From: Ruditapes philippinarum
Taxonomy: Eukaryota
Assembly (NCBI RefSeq): GCF_026571515.1
Contig: NW_026859978.1
Location: 124,001 to 188,000 of the forward strand
Direction of reading: 5' to 3'
DNA: 64,000 nucleotides
The translations under genes and the position numbers were made by a program. Of the stretch, positions 12,501 through 26,800 are shown in pieces. The notes beneath the pieces are model-generated. The model did not search any database and was not told the DNA's origin. It saw only the letters and a program-made list of their open reading frames with translations. Every line of letters begins with the position of its first letter. The first letter of the stretch is position 1.

Positions 12501-13529
12501 TAACTTTTATGATGTGTTTATATTTCTTATATTGCTCTCTGTATTTTATCTTGTACTCATTCCAGAATAGTGTAAATGTGTTCAGTTGAAATTTCAAACA
12601 TCTCAATGTTTATAATGTTTGTTAAGCTGGTATGAGGTTAATTGAGGTTAAGGAATCTTTAAATCATAATGTTCTATTTCACAACTAGACTTCCAGCCTT
12701 AAAAAAATTACATTTTTGAGCTTTTCTCAAAATTTCTTACTTGTAACATTGGACCAAGCAATAATCTTCATTGTTAATTATGTCGGCAAGTAAGCAAAGT
12801 TGTGAGGTTTTATATATTCTTTAACTTGTCTAGTTTGTTTCTTTCTTTTTTACGTAATTATACATTCTAACTGATGATGATTTAACAGTGTCAATGTTCA
12901 GTGACGTCAATTCATCAGCACCCGGGATATTATTACATAGATTACAGTAGACTCCCTTGTTTTACATTATTTTATTATAAAGGGCATTTTGTGTTAGAAT
13001 TTTAGAAATTTGAAAGAGAGTTATCGCTTCAACTTACAGTTGTGTTTCATGGAATTTATTCACATTTAGTAGGGTATGGATTCAATACAACTGTGTATTA
13101 TTCAGTTTATCTACCATTAGCTTGCACATATTTCTTCTTTATAAAACATTTGCTGGATATCGAAAAAACTTGGACTCCAGAATTACAATTAAGTATTATA
13201 TTGACCTAGCATGAATTAGTAAGTATGTAAAGAAAGGCTTTAGTTATCGAGGCTACATATTTGGTTTCCCAGTCTTCCATGTGGGCCTCTAGATATTTAA
13301 GATATTTGAATTAGGTGCTTTGTGTGCTGGATTTTCTTGCCATGATAGCAAATAAAGACATGAAAGCCTTGTCTCTTTGGCACACTGTTACGGTCAGTTT
13401 TGCAATGCTTAAATGAAAAACAGAATGTTATAATGACTTATGTTGAACTTTATGTATTTTAATGTTGTTATAAAACCCTTCAACTCTCTATAGGGACTGG
13501 ACTGGTGGTCATAATTAGGTGCGTCAAAT

Positions 13530-13620
13530 AATGCACAGATAGGTCTTCATCCACAAGTAAAACCTGGAAAGTCAACATATGACATTAACAGTGTTGGTAC
13601 CATTTAAAACACAACCAAAA
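13530..13620 (+). mobile_element. SINE-like 3' tail fragment (second copy ~38620-38700 in the MED7 intron)
   Basis: Shared ggtctt...gtaaa.ctg.aaagt...catatgacat....tgtgtt.gt...taa.ac.caacc followed by an A-rich tail. Confidence 0.4.
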
Positions 13621-14202
13621 AGTTGTAATAATTTGTTACGACATTGATATAAAAAGATAATATTTGATAGTTTTACTTGCTAATAGTAATGTATGATTTT
13701 TACTTAATTGATGCAGATTTATGTATTTGACATTGACATAACACACAAAAATAGAATAACATCTATACTGATTAACATATCTGTTTTAAAATATGTAACA
13801 TATATTAACATATGTATAAAATGTAAGTAAGAAAGGTCTATTTGTGTAAAAATGATGCCGTCATTGGTTTAAATTGTTCTACTATTTTAATATTTTTAGC
13901 CAGAATTGTTTTATCATTTAAGTATTTATGTATACTATATAGATAAAAAAGATACATTGCATGTTATTTGTTAGGAAAAGAAAACTTACATTATAAATTC
14001 TACATGTATATTTTTGTCTTGGATAATAAAAGTTACTGGATGGCTCATGAATGCTCTGTTTCTTTTCATTTAAAGCTCAAATGAGCTGTTAATATGAACA
14101 ATTTATGGCGTAAAAGAATCTGTACTTGTTTCTTGCCTCAATTTAAGAACTTAAGGTAAAAGTAATGTAATACAAAGGTTTACTATTGTTAGACTATTCC
14201 TA

Positions 14203-15800
14203 AATGACTATCCATCAATGTATTATGAATATCCCCTAATGTACTATGACTATCCATCAACATGTTTTGACTATCCCCAAGGTATCATGAATATGCCCTA
14301 ATGTATCGTGACTATCCCTCAATGTATCATAACTATCCCCCAAGGTATCATGAATATACCTCGCATATATCCCTCAAGGTATCACATACATCCCTCAAGG
14401 TATCCCAGGTATCATGGCTCCCTCAAGGTATCACACATCCCACAAGGTATCCCAGGTATCATGACTCCCTCAAGGTATATCACATCCCTCAAGGTATCCC
14501 AGGTATCATGACTCCCTCAAGGTATCGCACATTCCTCAAGGTATCCCAGGTATCATAGCTTCCTCAAGGTATCATGACTCCCTCAAGGTATCCCTGGTAT
14601 CATGACTCCCTCAAGGTATATCACATCCCTCAAGGTATCCCAGGTATTATGGCTCCCTCAAGGTATCACACATCCCACAAGGTATCCCAGGTATCATGAC
14701 TCCCTCAAGGTATCACACATCCCTCAAGGTATCCGAGTTATCATGGCTACCTCAAGGTATCACACATCCCTTAAGGTATCCGAGTTATCATGACTCCCTC
14801 AAGGTATCACACATCCCTTAAGGTATCCGAGTTATCATGACTCTCTCAAGGTATCACACATCCCTCAAGGTATCCCAGGTATCATGACTCCCTCAAGGTA
14901 TCACACATTCCTCAAGGTATCCCAGGTATCATAGCTTCCTCAAGGTATCAAACATCCCTCAAGGTATCATGACTCCCTCAAGGTATCCCAGGTATCATGA
15001 CTCCCTCAAGGTATCACACATCCCTCAAGGTATCCCAGGTATCATGGCTCCCTCAAGGTATCACACATCGCTCAAGGTATCATGACTTCCTCAAGGTATC
15101 CCAGGTATCATGGCTCCCTCAAGGTATCCCAAGTATCATGACTCCCTCAAGGTATCACACATCCCTCAAGGTATCCCAGGTATCATGGCTCCCTCAAGGT
15201 ATCACACATCCCTCAAGGTATACCAGGTATCATGACTTTTCTCATGGTACCACACATATCCCTCAAGGTATCATGACTCCCTCAAGGTATCACAAATTTC
15301 TCAAGGTATCCCAGGTATCATGACTCCCTCAAGGTATCACACATCCCTCAAGGTATCCCAGGTATCATGGCTCCCTCAAGGTATCACACATTTCTCAAGG
15401 TATCCCAGGGTATCATGGCTCCCTCAAGGTATCACACATCCCTCAAGATATCTAAGGTATCATGACTCCCTCATGGTACCACATATATCCTTCAATGTAT
15501 CCCAGGTATCATGGCTCCCTCAAGGTATCGCACATCCCTCAAGGTATCCCAGGCATCATGACTCCCTCAAGGTATCACATATCCCTCAAGGTATCACACA
15601 TCCCTCAAGGTATCCCAGGTATCATGACTCCCTCAAGGTATCACACATTTCTCAAGGTATCCCAGGTATCATGGCTCCCTCAAGGTATCACACATCCCCC
15701 AAGGTATCCCAGGTACCATGCCTCCCTCAAGGTGTCACACATCCCTCAAGGTATCCCAGGTATCATGACTATCCCTCATGGTACCACATATATCCCAAGG
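14203..15800. repeat. Hierarchical minisatellite (~47-bp higher-order unit built from ggtatc-ending subunits)
   Basis: Subunits acacatccctcaaggtatc (19), ccaggtatc (9) and atgRctccctcaaggtatc (19) are repeated for ~1.4 kb. Degenerate 21-bp atgactatccctcaa.gtatc units form the left edge. Confidence 0.95.
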
Positions 15801-17896
15801 TTTATTAAACTTTTTAGATACATGAACATTTTCTCAGGTGAGGTATTTACACATCAATACTTCTGGTTTCTTTAAAGTGCTAGAATTGTTTTAAAATTAA
15901 ATTTTGTTTTCTTTCAAAAATAATGACAAATTGCAGTACACCATTGTGTCATACAGATCAGATGAGGATATTCTTCACTTGTGTGGCAGATCTAGTTTGT
16001 AAAGATGGCACTTTAAAGAAACCTATATGTACTTGCATTAAAAAATCTAGTAATAAATGAGTCACACAGTTGAAGAGATTTTGAACAATTTCTCTTATCA
16101 ACTGAACATGATGAATTCAGCAGTAATTTAACCCTGCAAATAATCATATTAGGAGGCTTATCATTGGAATAAAGAAACAACAAATTTGAAAAAATAGTGT
16201 GTAAAAATTTAACTTTTATTATTATTTACAAACCATTCAGCAAACTGTAATGGTTTTATCAGTGTACAAACTAAAACATTCAAACATACACAAACAAACG
16301 TGACATACATATAACACTTGTTCAAAACTAATAACCTTTATGAAATATTTTAATGACACAATCAGACATGAAGTTTTGTTGGTTTTTTTTCATTCTCCTC
16401 TCTTAATGAACAAAGCTGAACAAAGTTCCTAGAAAACATCTTTACAGGCTAAAAATATATACAATAATAATTATTTTAACAAAATAAGACAGAAACATCA
16501 TTAACATTCAATACAATAAAATTTCCCAACATTCACATAAAATTCAGCTGTTTCTTACCATTTATCCACAATTAAATTCAACTACAATACACAGAAGACA
16601 CCTAATTTAGAGGTGATCAACCTTATGGCATTGTTTTTTCCTGTTTTACAGAATAAACCTGGCTTATACAGACTGATTTGTCCAACTTTTGAAAGTAATT
16701 ATTTAAGAGATATAATCATGAGAGTTCAGGACTTGAACAGCCAACAGAAGTAGTACTTGGTAAAACAGACCTTACATGTTACTGATCACCCATTCTCACA
16801 TTAGTAATGTAAATGCGGCAAAAATAAAAAGTAAAACTATCTTCTGTATACATGCAATAATATTATACTGCTTACAGGTTAAACAAGTTAACAAATCTTC
16901 TGTCATGTCACACCCTATATAACAACATTTGTGCTAGTGTATAATGTTAACTTCTCATACAATCTCTTGTTTTTATTTCATACAACCAAGATGAATACCA
17001 CACTATCTTTTTCTTCATAATCATAAAACTATTATACATTTGACAATTACTCCATTTCACTATAACAATCTGGTGTACATGAGGTTTATAAGTAGCAAAT
17101 ATTGATGACTTTGACATAGATTAAATAAGGCTACTACATTTCAGTGCAAATCAAGTTCTCCTCCCTGAGAATAAGCCGACTTTATCTTGAGGTACTGCTC
17201 CAACACTGTAGTGAATTACATCCATATTATAAGCAGAGTGTACTCAAACATGTATAAATATCAACAACAAATGAAATATTACAACATATACATTAATGTA
17301 ATAACTAAATATCAAACTTTTAAACAGATTAACTTGATCTGCATTTACTTTGGTTGACACTTTCTCTTCGACTAAAATTTATATAACAAAATCTGATGTT
17401 ATTTTATTATATTCGAAAAAAATATAACTTTGTGTTGGTTTCGAATTATTTATCCTAAAATACTTTCATGAAACTCCAAATCCCTCCTCATACAGCTGTC
17501 AATCAAATTTGCATATTGTAAACATGATATTGTTGGTAATAAAGAAACCATCAGCAAAGTATTCCATCACCTTCGTATGAATGCCATATACATGTAAATG
17601 CTTTCAATTTTATACTTTTTCAATCTATATGAAATAAATCCATTTTAAAGTGAACACTTTCTACAAAATGTCAAAATGTGAGAATTTGCTACATCACACT
17701 TATTTGCAACAATAGCCAAATATAACTTAATGACACTGTAGCATTCAGATTTTGATGAAAATACAATCACACCAGAAGGAAAGTATTCACAAACCTAAAA
17801 CATCTATTTCTGAATTTACATATCACAAATGTTTTAAAATTTTGTTCCGAATATCACATCAGATTAAAATTTCAACCCGTAACATGATCTTTTTTC

Positions 17897-20800
17897 TCAC
17901 ATTCCATTATATGCTGGTCCCTCTCCGCCTTGCGGACACACCCAGTTAATGTTCTGTGTTGGGTCCTTGATATCACATGTTTTACAATGAATACAGTTCT
18001 GGGCATTAATTTGTAATCTTTTTCCTAGTCCATCCTCTGTTTCTACATATTCATACACTCCTGGAAAAAATACAAAGTCATTTTAGGAGAATGAATATAC
18101 TCAAATAGCAAACATTTCTAACGACATTTTTTCTTGTTTTAAAAGTAAGATGGTTATTATGTTCAAATATTCATTTCAAAACAAATTCAATAAGAACTTC
18201 ATTATGTTAAGAATGGTGGGTGATATCACCCATGATTTTGCAACAAACAAAATTTACTTATCATGTCATACAGGGAATGTTACATTCATTGCCAGCCATG
18301 AAGACTTACATAAAATGTCCTAAAATGTTATAAATCTCACAAGAGGCTTGCATTATAAGACTGTCTTTATAGCACTTCCCGTCAGGTAAGAAAATATACA
18401 AGATAGCAAGGCTCTATACTCACAAATAAACCAACAGGACAATTACTATATCATTTAACCTTGATCAGTAAATTAAAGACAATCTCATATATTAATTTAA
18501 TTCCACGTAAAAAAGGTTGAAAGTTACAAATATTTTCTCTTCAAAGTTACCTGCAGGACAGAATCTTCCCTCCGGTCCATCATAAAGAGCAAGGTTAGTT
18601 TTAACTGGAACTGTATCATCCATTAATGTAAGATGTGCAGGTTGATCATGATCGTGGTTTGTTCCAGTCAATGCCACGGATGAGAGCAGATCAAACGTTA
18701 TTTCACCGTCAGGTTTTGGATATTCTATAGGTGTACATTCTGATGCTGGTTTTAAATGAGTATGATCAGCACCTAGAATGTTCAACAACATCATTCTTTT
18801 AGCTTTGTATTTGTTTGTTGTTCAAGACTTAATCTTGCCAACACTATAAAGACTTTCAGCACCTAGAAGTTTTAATTACATCCTTTCTTTTATCTTTGTA
18901 TTTCGTTTTTATTTTTGTTGTTGCTGGCTTATAATCTTGCCAATACATAAAGGCCATAAAACAACTTGCCAATGTTGCGTCCCCGCTCCTCATTATTTAT
19001 GACCCAAGTCATGAACCATGACTTGAACCATCAATGTTCCATAAGCTAGTTTGATAGTTTCCACACATGAATTAATTCAAAGTATCAGTCTGTATTTGAA
19101 CACACAGCAGTACACAGCAGTCGGTGTAATCTTAATTAAAGTCAGCATCTTTTATCTTACAGGTATAAATTTTCGAAATTGTGAAAAGTTTTTAATTAAA
19201 TGTGAGAGTAGTGACATCTTATTGCTCAATGAAGATTTAATAATGACTTCATCACCATGTACTTACATAAATTTCTTAAAATATCTTACCATCATGACTG
19301 AGTGTCCATGGTTCTTTTCCTTGACACAGAATACAGAAAAACCCTGTATACATTAGACCACCATATAATCCCAATATGGTGTTAAAAGATGGACGTACAT
19401 TCCTTACTTTGTACAATTCCTCAAATACCCAACTATTCCTCAAGTTCTCTTCATACATTTGAGGAACAGGATCTGTTGAAAGTCAGAAATTCAAATATAA
19501 AATTAATGACATAACTTTACACTTGGCATTCTTATTGCTTTGTTTGAACATAGTAGGTAACCAAGAGCAATCTATTGTACAAATTTGTCAGTTTAAACAG
19601 TACAATACAAGGTGTTATTTTTAAGCATAGTTTATAAAGCAACATAAACAACATGTATTCTGTTTACAAGTTGATATCAGACATAAAACTGACGTTGATT
19701 AATATCACATCTGAAATAATATTCCAATATTATTTTAATCATCATTTAATCACCATATTATGTACATAATTCATATGATGTAATTTATTACATTTACTTG
19801 TTTCAGTACATGTACTCAATTGTAAAACGTTTCTGTAGTAATGTGAAAAAAAAAAATTTTGAAGCACAAAAGAACTTACTAATTGTACTGGAAACACTGC
19901 TGTCATCTAATAGTGTATCAAACACAGATTCTGCTGCTAAAAGTCCACTTTTCATAGCCGTATGTGTACCTTTGATTTTAGGAACATTGAGGAAACCTGA
20001 GCTACAACCAATCAAACAGCCCCCCGGGAATGTTAACTCTGGTATAGACTGTAATAATGAGATATATGGTATAAGTTAAACTGGATGGGAAAAAATATAC
20101 AAATAACAAAACCATCAAAAATCAGTCAAACAATCCAAAATAGCAGAGCATTAAATTTGTAAGAACATTTTTGTCAAAAGATCAATTTTAATTAAATTGT
20201 ATAAAAATTCTGGCTATTTCTACGCTGTTTACAATGCACATAATTTATACTCCAAAGTTAATATATAGAAAAAGCATCAATGACAATCATATATTAATCA
20301 GTGGGTTTAATTATTACACCACATCTATTATACAAGCTTTTCATTTAAGGACTATGAATACTTAATATTGAGCATGTATATTAAATTGACTACATGCAAA
20401 AGGTATAATTTAAAGACTGTTCTTTAATACCTGACACTGTGGCATCATTTAAACTATGATATTACAAGGGCATATTGAAGGTGAAATGGAATCATAGTTT
20501 ATTAACACTTGTACAATTTTAACAGTTACTTTTAAAAAATAATGTTTTAATAAATTTTTACTGTTTGATAGCTAAAGAGACGTCAGCGAACAGGTTTTAT
20601 AGTACTGCTAGACCTGTTCGCTGAAGCCAATCCCGTATCGAAAGTCAACCAGAACTGTGACATATTTATGTCATGCTGTAATTCAATAAATTTGGGTGAT
20701 CTGGACAACAGCTATTTTAATACAGGTAGTTAGATATATTTGGGACACTTCAGTCTATATTTTTCAACACAGAACGTTAGATTGATGAAATAATGCCTCA

Positions 20801-23800
20801 AAGTTTATTAGTGGGTTCACATTTCATAAAATTTGCCGCCATTGCTGCCCTAATTATCACGAGAATTTAGGTTCGGATACCTTTGCATGGCATTTGGTGA
20901 CACGTGACCAAAATGCTATTTTTAACTGAAAACATGGCTTTTGCAATTATGAGTTACGGTGTATTTATTCAATAACAGACATTGTACCAAACACATGTTG
21001 GATTTATATTGTTTTGAGGGATGATTCATGAATTATTTGTTTGTTTTTATTTAAAATCATACACTTACTAAACATAGTGTATGGTCCGTTACTAAAAATA
21101 GATGCTAGAATTCCCAAATTTGAAGTCTCGCGATATTTCAATTGAAAGCAGACTCCATATCGGTAAACATTCTCTACACATTTCCCTAACAAATAGTTGG
21201 GTAGACAATGTCATTGAAGTTCATTTAAAAACAAAACATGAATTGATTTATTTATTAAATGGTATTTTTTATTTGACCCAAATTTGATCAATAAGAGTGA
21301 TTTTAATAGGTTTTATGTAGGGCACACGAACTGAAAAAATTCTGGTAGACTTTGCAAATAGGGTTGACCCTTAACTTTACTGTCGCACAACGTCAAAATA
21401 AAAGCGACATATACAGTTATGGAAGCCAGAACTATCCTTAACACTGATAATGGACTTTTCCAAATGTACATGTGTATTTTAGATAAGTGATAATGTTACC
21501 TGTAGACCACCTTCATTCAGAGCTCTAGCACCGTAGCCAATTCTATTTCCTCCTTTAAATGTATCAATTATAGCTGGATGAGTCTTCCATCTTTGAAATT
21601 CTTGGAACGGACTAATGTAAGGGTTTGTGTAATCTAAACCAACCTAAATTTATAACATTCCATGAAGAAATCATTAAACATGTTATACTTTATCGAATAT
21701 ATATGTCACCAATCAATCATAACTATGCCAATCCCAATGTTCTCAAACCTGTAGGATAGCACAAGAAATAAGCCATGTTTACATTTTGTCTGTCCCACAA
21801 GTTAATGCTGTGTTTTTGATTTAGTACAAAAATAGCAAATGATATTTCGAACTCAGATTATGGAGGTATTAAGTGCGAATTTTACCATCTGTCTGTCCCA
21901 ACTGGTAAGCCTTTATCAGAAATAAAAAATCAAAGTCCCTACTAATTTCTGGGTACAAGGGGCACTGACTAGCAAGTAAAATGGTACAATACAAATTACA
22001 GTAAAAACCTAAGAGACATATCATGGTAAGAAAGAAGAATTTACATCTATTTTACCAATGAATCCAATAATTATTTTGCATTCTGTTGTCACAATTGTAA
22101 TAAATATAACCTTTAAACATCGAAGATTTGATAAACCTTGAAAATGTTAGATAACATACTTACTACAACACCAATTGCAACTAATGGACCTTCATCTAAA
22201 TGATACATAAAAGAACCACCATATGTTAATCGATCCTGAAAATACAGAAACAAAAACTTAGTTCTTTAATCATAAAATTTAAGGCTAAGAGAGCCCAGAT
22301 TGGATTTTGTGTTGAAGGAGGTAATGGGGAGATGGGCAAAGGAGAGTACTGACAAGAATTTCTGGGTAAAGAACTATACAACTTACATTGAAAAATAGCA
22401 TAACAATATAAAATTGATATTCAAAGTTGTAATTCATAGATTTTCCAGAACAAAAATGTCATAAAAGTCCTGGATTAATAAGATAGCTCATAATTTGAGA
22501 CTTCCTTACAGGCGTCCTCATGCCTTTGTTACTGACCCTAGATGGCTAACATTCAAACTTGATCTTTATATTATCTACAAAAGGCTTATTATAACAAAGG
22601 ACCAAAATTATGGTCTTAGAATTTGTAATTTCTTCAAATGTGCAACAATATAATATTCTAATAAAATATCAGCACAAATCAACATGCTCTGATTAACTTA
22701 CAAATGGCCAGCCAACTGTGTGCATGACAAGTCCAGGCTGATGTTTAGCTGGATCAACTTCCCAGATCTCTTTTAGACCAATGCACAAGTGCAACGCTAT
22801 ATGCTCCCACTATGTGGGGGCATAAAAATTAGTTTTTTAATCATAAAATTTAAGGCTAAGAGAGCCCAGATTGGATTTTGTGTTAAAGGAGGTAGTGGGG
22901 AGATGGGCAAAGGAGAGTACTGACAAGAATGTCTGGGTAAAGAACTATACAACTTACATTGAAAAAAAATAGCATAATCATACAAAATTAATATTCAAAA
23001 TTGGAATTCATAGATTTTCCATCACAAAAATGTCATAAAAGTCCTGGATTAATAAGATAGCATATAATTTGAGATTTCCTTACAAGCGTCCTCATGCCTT
23101 TGTTACTGACCCTAGATGGCTAATACCCAAACTTGATCTTTATATTATCAAATTTCCACTTCTACAAAAGGCTTATTATAACAAAGGACCAAAATTATGG
23201 CCTTACAATTTGTAATTTCTTCAAATGTGCAATGATATAATATTCTAATAAAATATCAGCACAAATCAACATGCACTGATTAACTTACAAATGGCCAGCC
23301 AACAGTGTGCATGACAAGTCCAGGCTGATGTTTAGCTGGATCAACTTCCCAGATCTCCTTTAAACCAATACCATATGTCTGAGGCTCACAATCCTTCCTA
23401 AGATCGAATTTTTTAAACAATTGCTTGGCAAGGTGACCATGGCAACCTTCTCCAAATATTGTCATTTTGGCATGCAATTCCATCCCTCTTTCAAATGTTT
23501 CCTAAAACAGAAAAAATATACTTCAAAATCAAGAATGTAATTTGTGTAATTTCTAAGAGAACAGAAAATTATTTTATGATTTAAGAAATTAGGTTTCCTT
23601 TTCTTTTTATCATTTATAAATTCATAACAGTATCCTGTCTGAGTGATCTAACTACATAACATATATAATTAAGTACCTTTGGAGCACCATCTTTCTGTAT
23701 TCCAACATCATTTGTAGCAATACCTTTAACACTGCCATCTTCATGATACAAGATCTGTAGAAAATATAGAGAAGATAATTAGGAATTTCCCAATGAGTTG

Positions 23801-26800
23801 TCTTAAACTTACACAAATTTGTTACAATAATTCTGGAATAAAGTACTTTTAGGAATGACTGTAACAGTGTAAACAATTTCCTCACCAGAGCAGTTTACAG
23901 TATAAACAATTACTTCACAACAGTGTAACAAACAATTACCTCACTAGCAGCATATCCTGGGTATATCTCTACACCTAATGCCTCTGCCTGTTGTCCCAAC
24001 CAACGAACAAAGTTTCCCAGTCTGACAATGTAGTTCCCATGATTTATCATAGGTGAACCTGTTACAAAATGTATAACAAACTACATGTTTCTACCCACAC
24101 AAACAATATATACAGAAAAGTCACACAAAAAATTGGCCAGGTCACAAGGATTCAAAGCACAAGTCTCCGCACCTTTCATGATTCGGTATGCTGACCACTG
24201 CACCACCTCAGACATGGCAAATTTTTCATGCATAATGACCTTACATATTTATGTTATTTTAACCTGTATATTTTCCTGCCATCTTTATCACCAAAGCAAC
24301 TTCCTAGTTCAAAATCCTGGCTGATTTTTGTGTGAGTTTTCTATTTATGATTTCATGATTATGACTCTCATAATATACAACCACAATGATATTATGTTTT
24401 ATATTTTAAAATCCACAAAATCCAAATAAATTTTTCTTGTGCTGGCAGCCTGTTGTATCAAAGGCAGTATTTTATGATTATTATTCATTAAATGATTATT
24501 TATTGGGTTGAAATCATGAATTACAGAAAAACAGACAAATGGGTTACTTTTTTCCACTCAATCAGTAATGGCCAATGAAATTTGACAGCATATAGAACTA
24601 TATTTTATAGGACCATCATTAACCTTTTAAATGAACACCTGATTAAAATAACATGAAAAGCTTTCCAAACATTCTGTATTAATTTTGCAATTTCTTTCTA
24701 ATTTATTTCAGTGTTATTCTGATTACTTTCTCATAATACCAGTTATGTAATGCCAACCTGCTCAATTAAGTGGGCAGTATAACCTGACCTCAAGGTTATA
24801 GAACTTCTTTCTCAGCTTTGTCTCGAAATAAAAATTTTCATTGGTTAGTATTCTTTCTGTGTCTCATTTTTGACTAATAAATACCTGAACTTGAGATAAG
24901 AAAATTTCTTTCGATTCTCTGACCCAGAGATCCTTGGCTGCTCAATCATAAGGGGTTTATTTTATATTATAACTCCTTAAATAAAACAGTGGCATAGAGA
25001 TTGAGAAGAAATTACATCTACACTTTACCTGGCACCATTGGTATAGGGATACTTCCAGACTTTGTCAGAAATTTGAAAACATCTTTTTTTACAGGAGTCA
25101 TTGCTGGCGGCTGAATGAAAACAATCATCATGTTAATTCAAGACATTCATGCAGTAACTAAAGATTAATAAAAAATATCAAATAGATATTACATTAAACT
25201 GGCCTACATTACAAGAGTTGAATATTATTTCAAATTTTGGACTTTTTTATACTGAAAATATAATTGCATGTGAAATTTCTATTTTCAACACAGGGCTACC
25301 ATAGGATATATGTTAAACTAAATAAAGTATGCGTATTTATGCTATATTAATGTCAATGGAAAGTTTCCATGAAACCTAACTTTAAACCTATACTATATAT
25401 ACGTGACAAAACAGGTGTAAATATTTTTTATCTTACATCTTTTTCTTTCCAGTCAGGGAAAAGTTCATCAAGAGCTCTTGTTTCTATGCATGCCCCTGAT
25501 AATGTATGGCCACCTTAAAAACAGAACAATCAATGGTTTAGTAAACAAACTGTTCTTTACCATTTTATGTACACATAAATTTGAAAACAAATATGCTTTC
25601 TAGAAAACCTCAAAAATACATATGAGCCGCGTCACTACAAAACCAACATAATGCGTTTGCGACCAGCATGGATCCAGACCAGCCTGCGCATCTGTGCAGT
25701 CTGATCAGGATCTATGCTGTTCGCTTACCAACCCTTTACAAGTAGCAAAACTGATAGCTAACAGCATGGATCCTGATCAGACTGGCTTATTCCAGCTAGA
25801 AATGTATGGAAAAAAAAAAGAAATTCAAAATGAGCAACAAAGGCATGTGAAAAACAGTAATTGTTCATAGGTTGTTTTTTATCTTTACCAACAAATATTT
25901 CTACACATAGTAATTTATATTGCTTTACACATACCTATTTCAGCTGCCTTTTCAACAAGACAAACTCTCAGTTCTTTTCCCTGATCATTAGCAAGTTGTT
26001 TAAGTCTACAAGCTGCTGACAGACCTGCAGGTCCACCACCTACTATCACCACATCAGCTTCATCAGCAAATCTCTCCATCTCTACACCTACAAATTAGAA
26101 ATCCAAACAGAGTTATATGTCTTTAATTCAAGTTACGGTATAATAATCCATATGTGCCACTTGCTTCAAAAGACAATATGTTATTTCATTTGTTTGGAGT
26201 TTGACCTAAACATCAATGTTAATGTGTTTTTGAACACTGATAAAATGCTCTATCATGAATTCAGTAAGTGTTTTATCAAAAATCTTCATTGGAAGCATGT
26301 TTCAAATAAATAAGATTTAAGACATTACAAAATTTAGATTTCTGACTAAAAATTTTAAAATCATTGAAATCAGAGAAAAATGAATATATATTAACACGTT
26401 TACAATATAAAATTACAAGAATCTACAATATGCAACTTGTAACAGAGAGAAAATTTTGAAATCATGCCACTTAATTTAAGTAGATACAATGTATTACATT
26501 CAAACAGACTCTCTTATGAGAGGCTTTGTCTTTGACAATGCTAGATTAGTTACAGAAATCTGAAATGACTTGATCTATAATAATACATAAGCTATGTAAT
26601 GGAAGGTGGGGCAACCAAAGCTGCAAAAGGAAGACAAATGGTTGAGATTATTTTTAAGAGTTTAAGTCAGCATTATGTAAATTTGTATTGACCTCTTGAG
26701 ATTAAATTTTAATTGCAAGGTACTTGTGATTAGTTACCTTTAGTAAACCATTAAGTTTTACCTAGAACTTTTTGCTAAAATGCAAAACCACTGATGAAAA

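Noticed and set aside
14301-15875. Overlapping repetitive ORFs (TPSRYHTSLKVSQVS...) and a CRISPR-like look
   Set aside because: The 47-bp period cycles through all frames, there are no splice signals, and there are no unique spacers or cas genes. It is a minisatellite.
17205-17245. Weak echo of the ETFDH stop region in the 3'UTR
   Set aside because: Too short and AT-rich to distinguish from chance.
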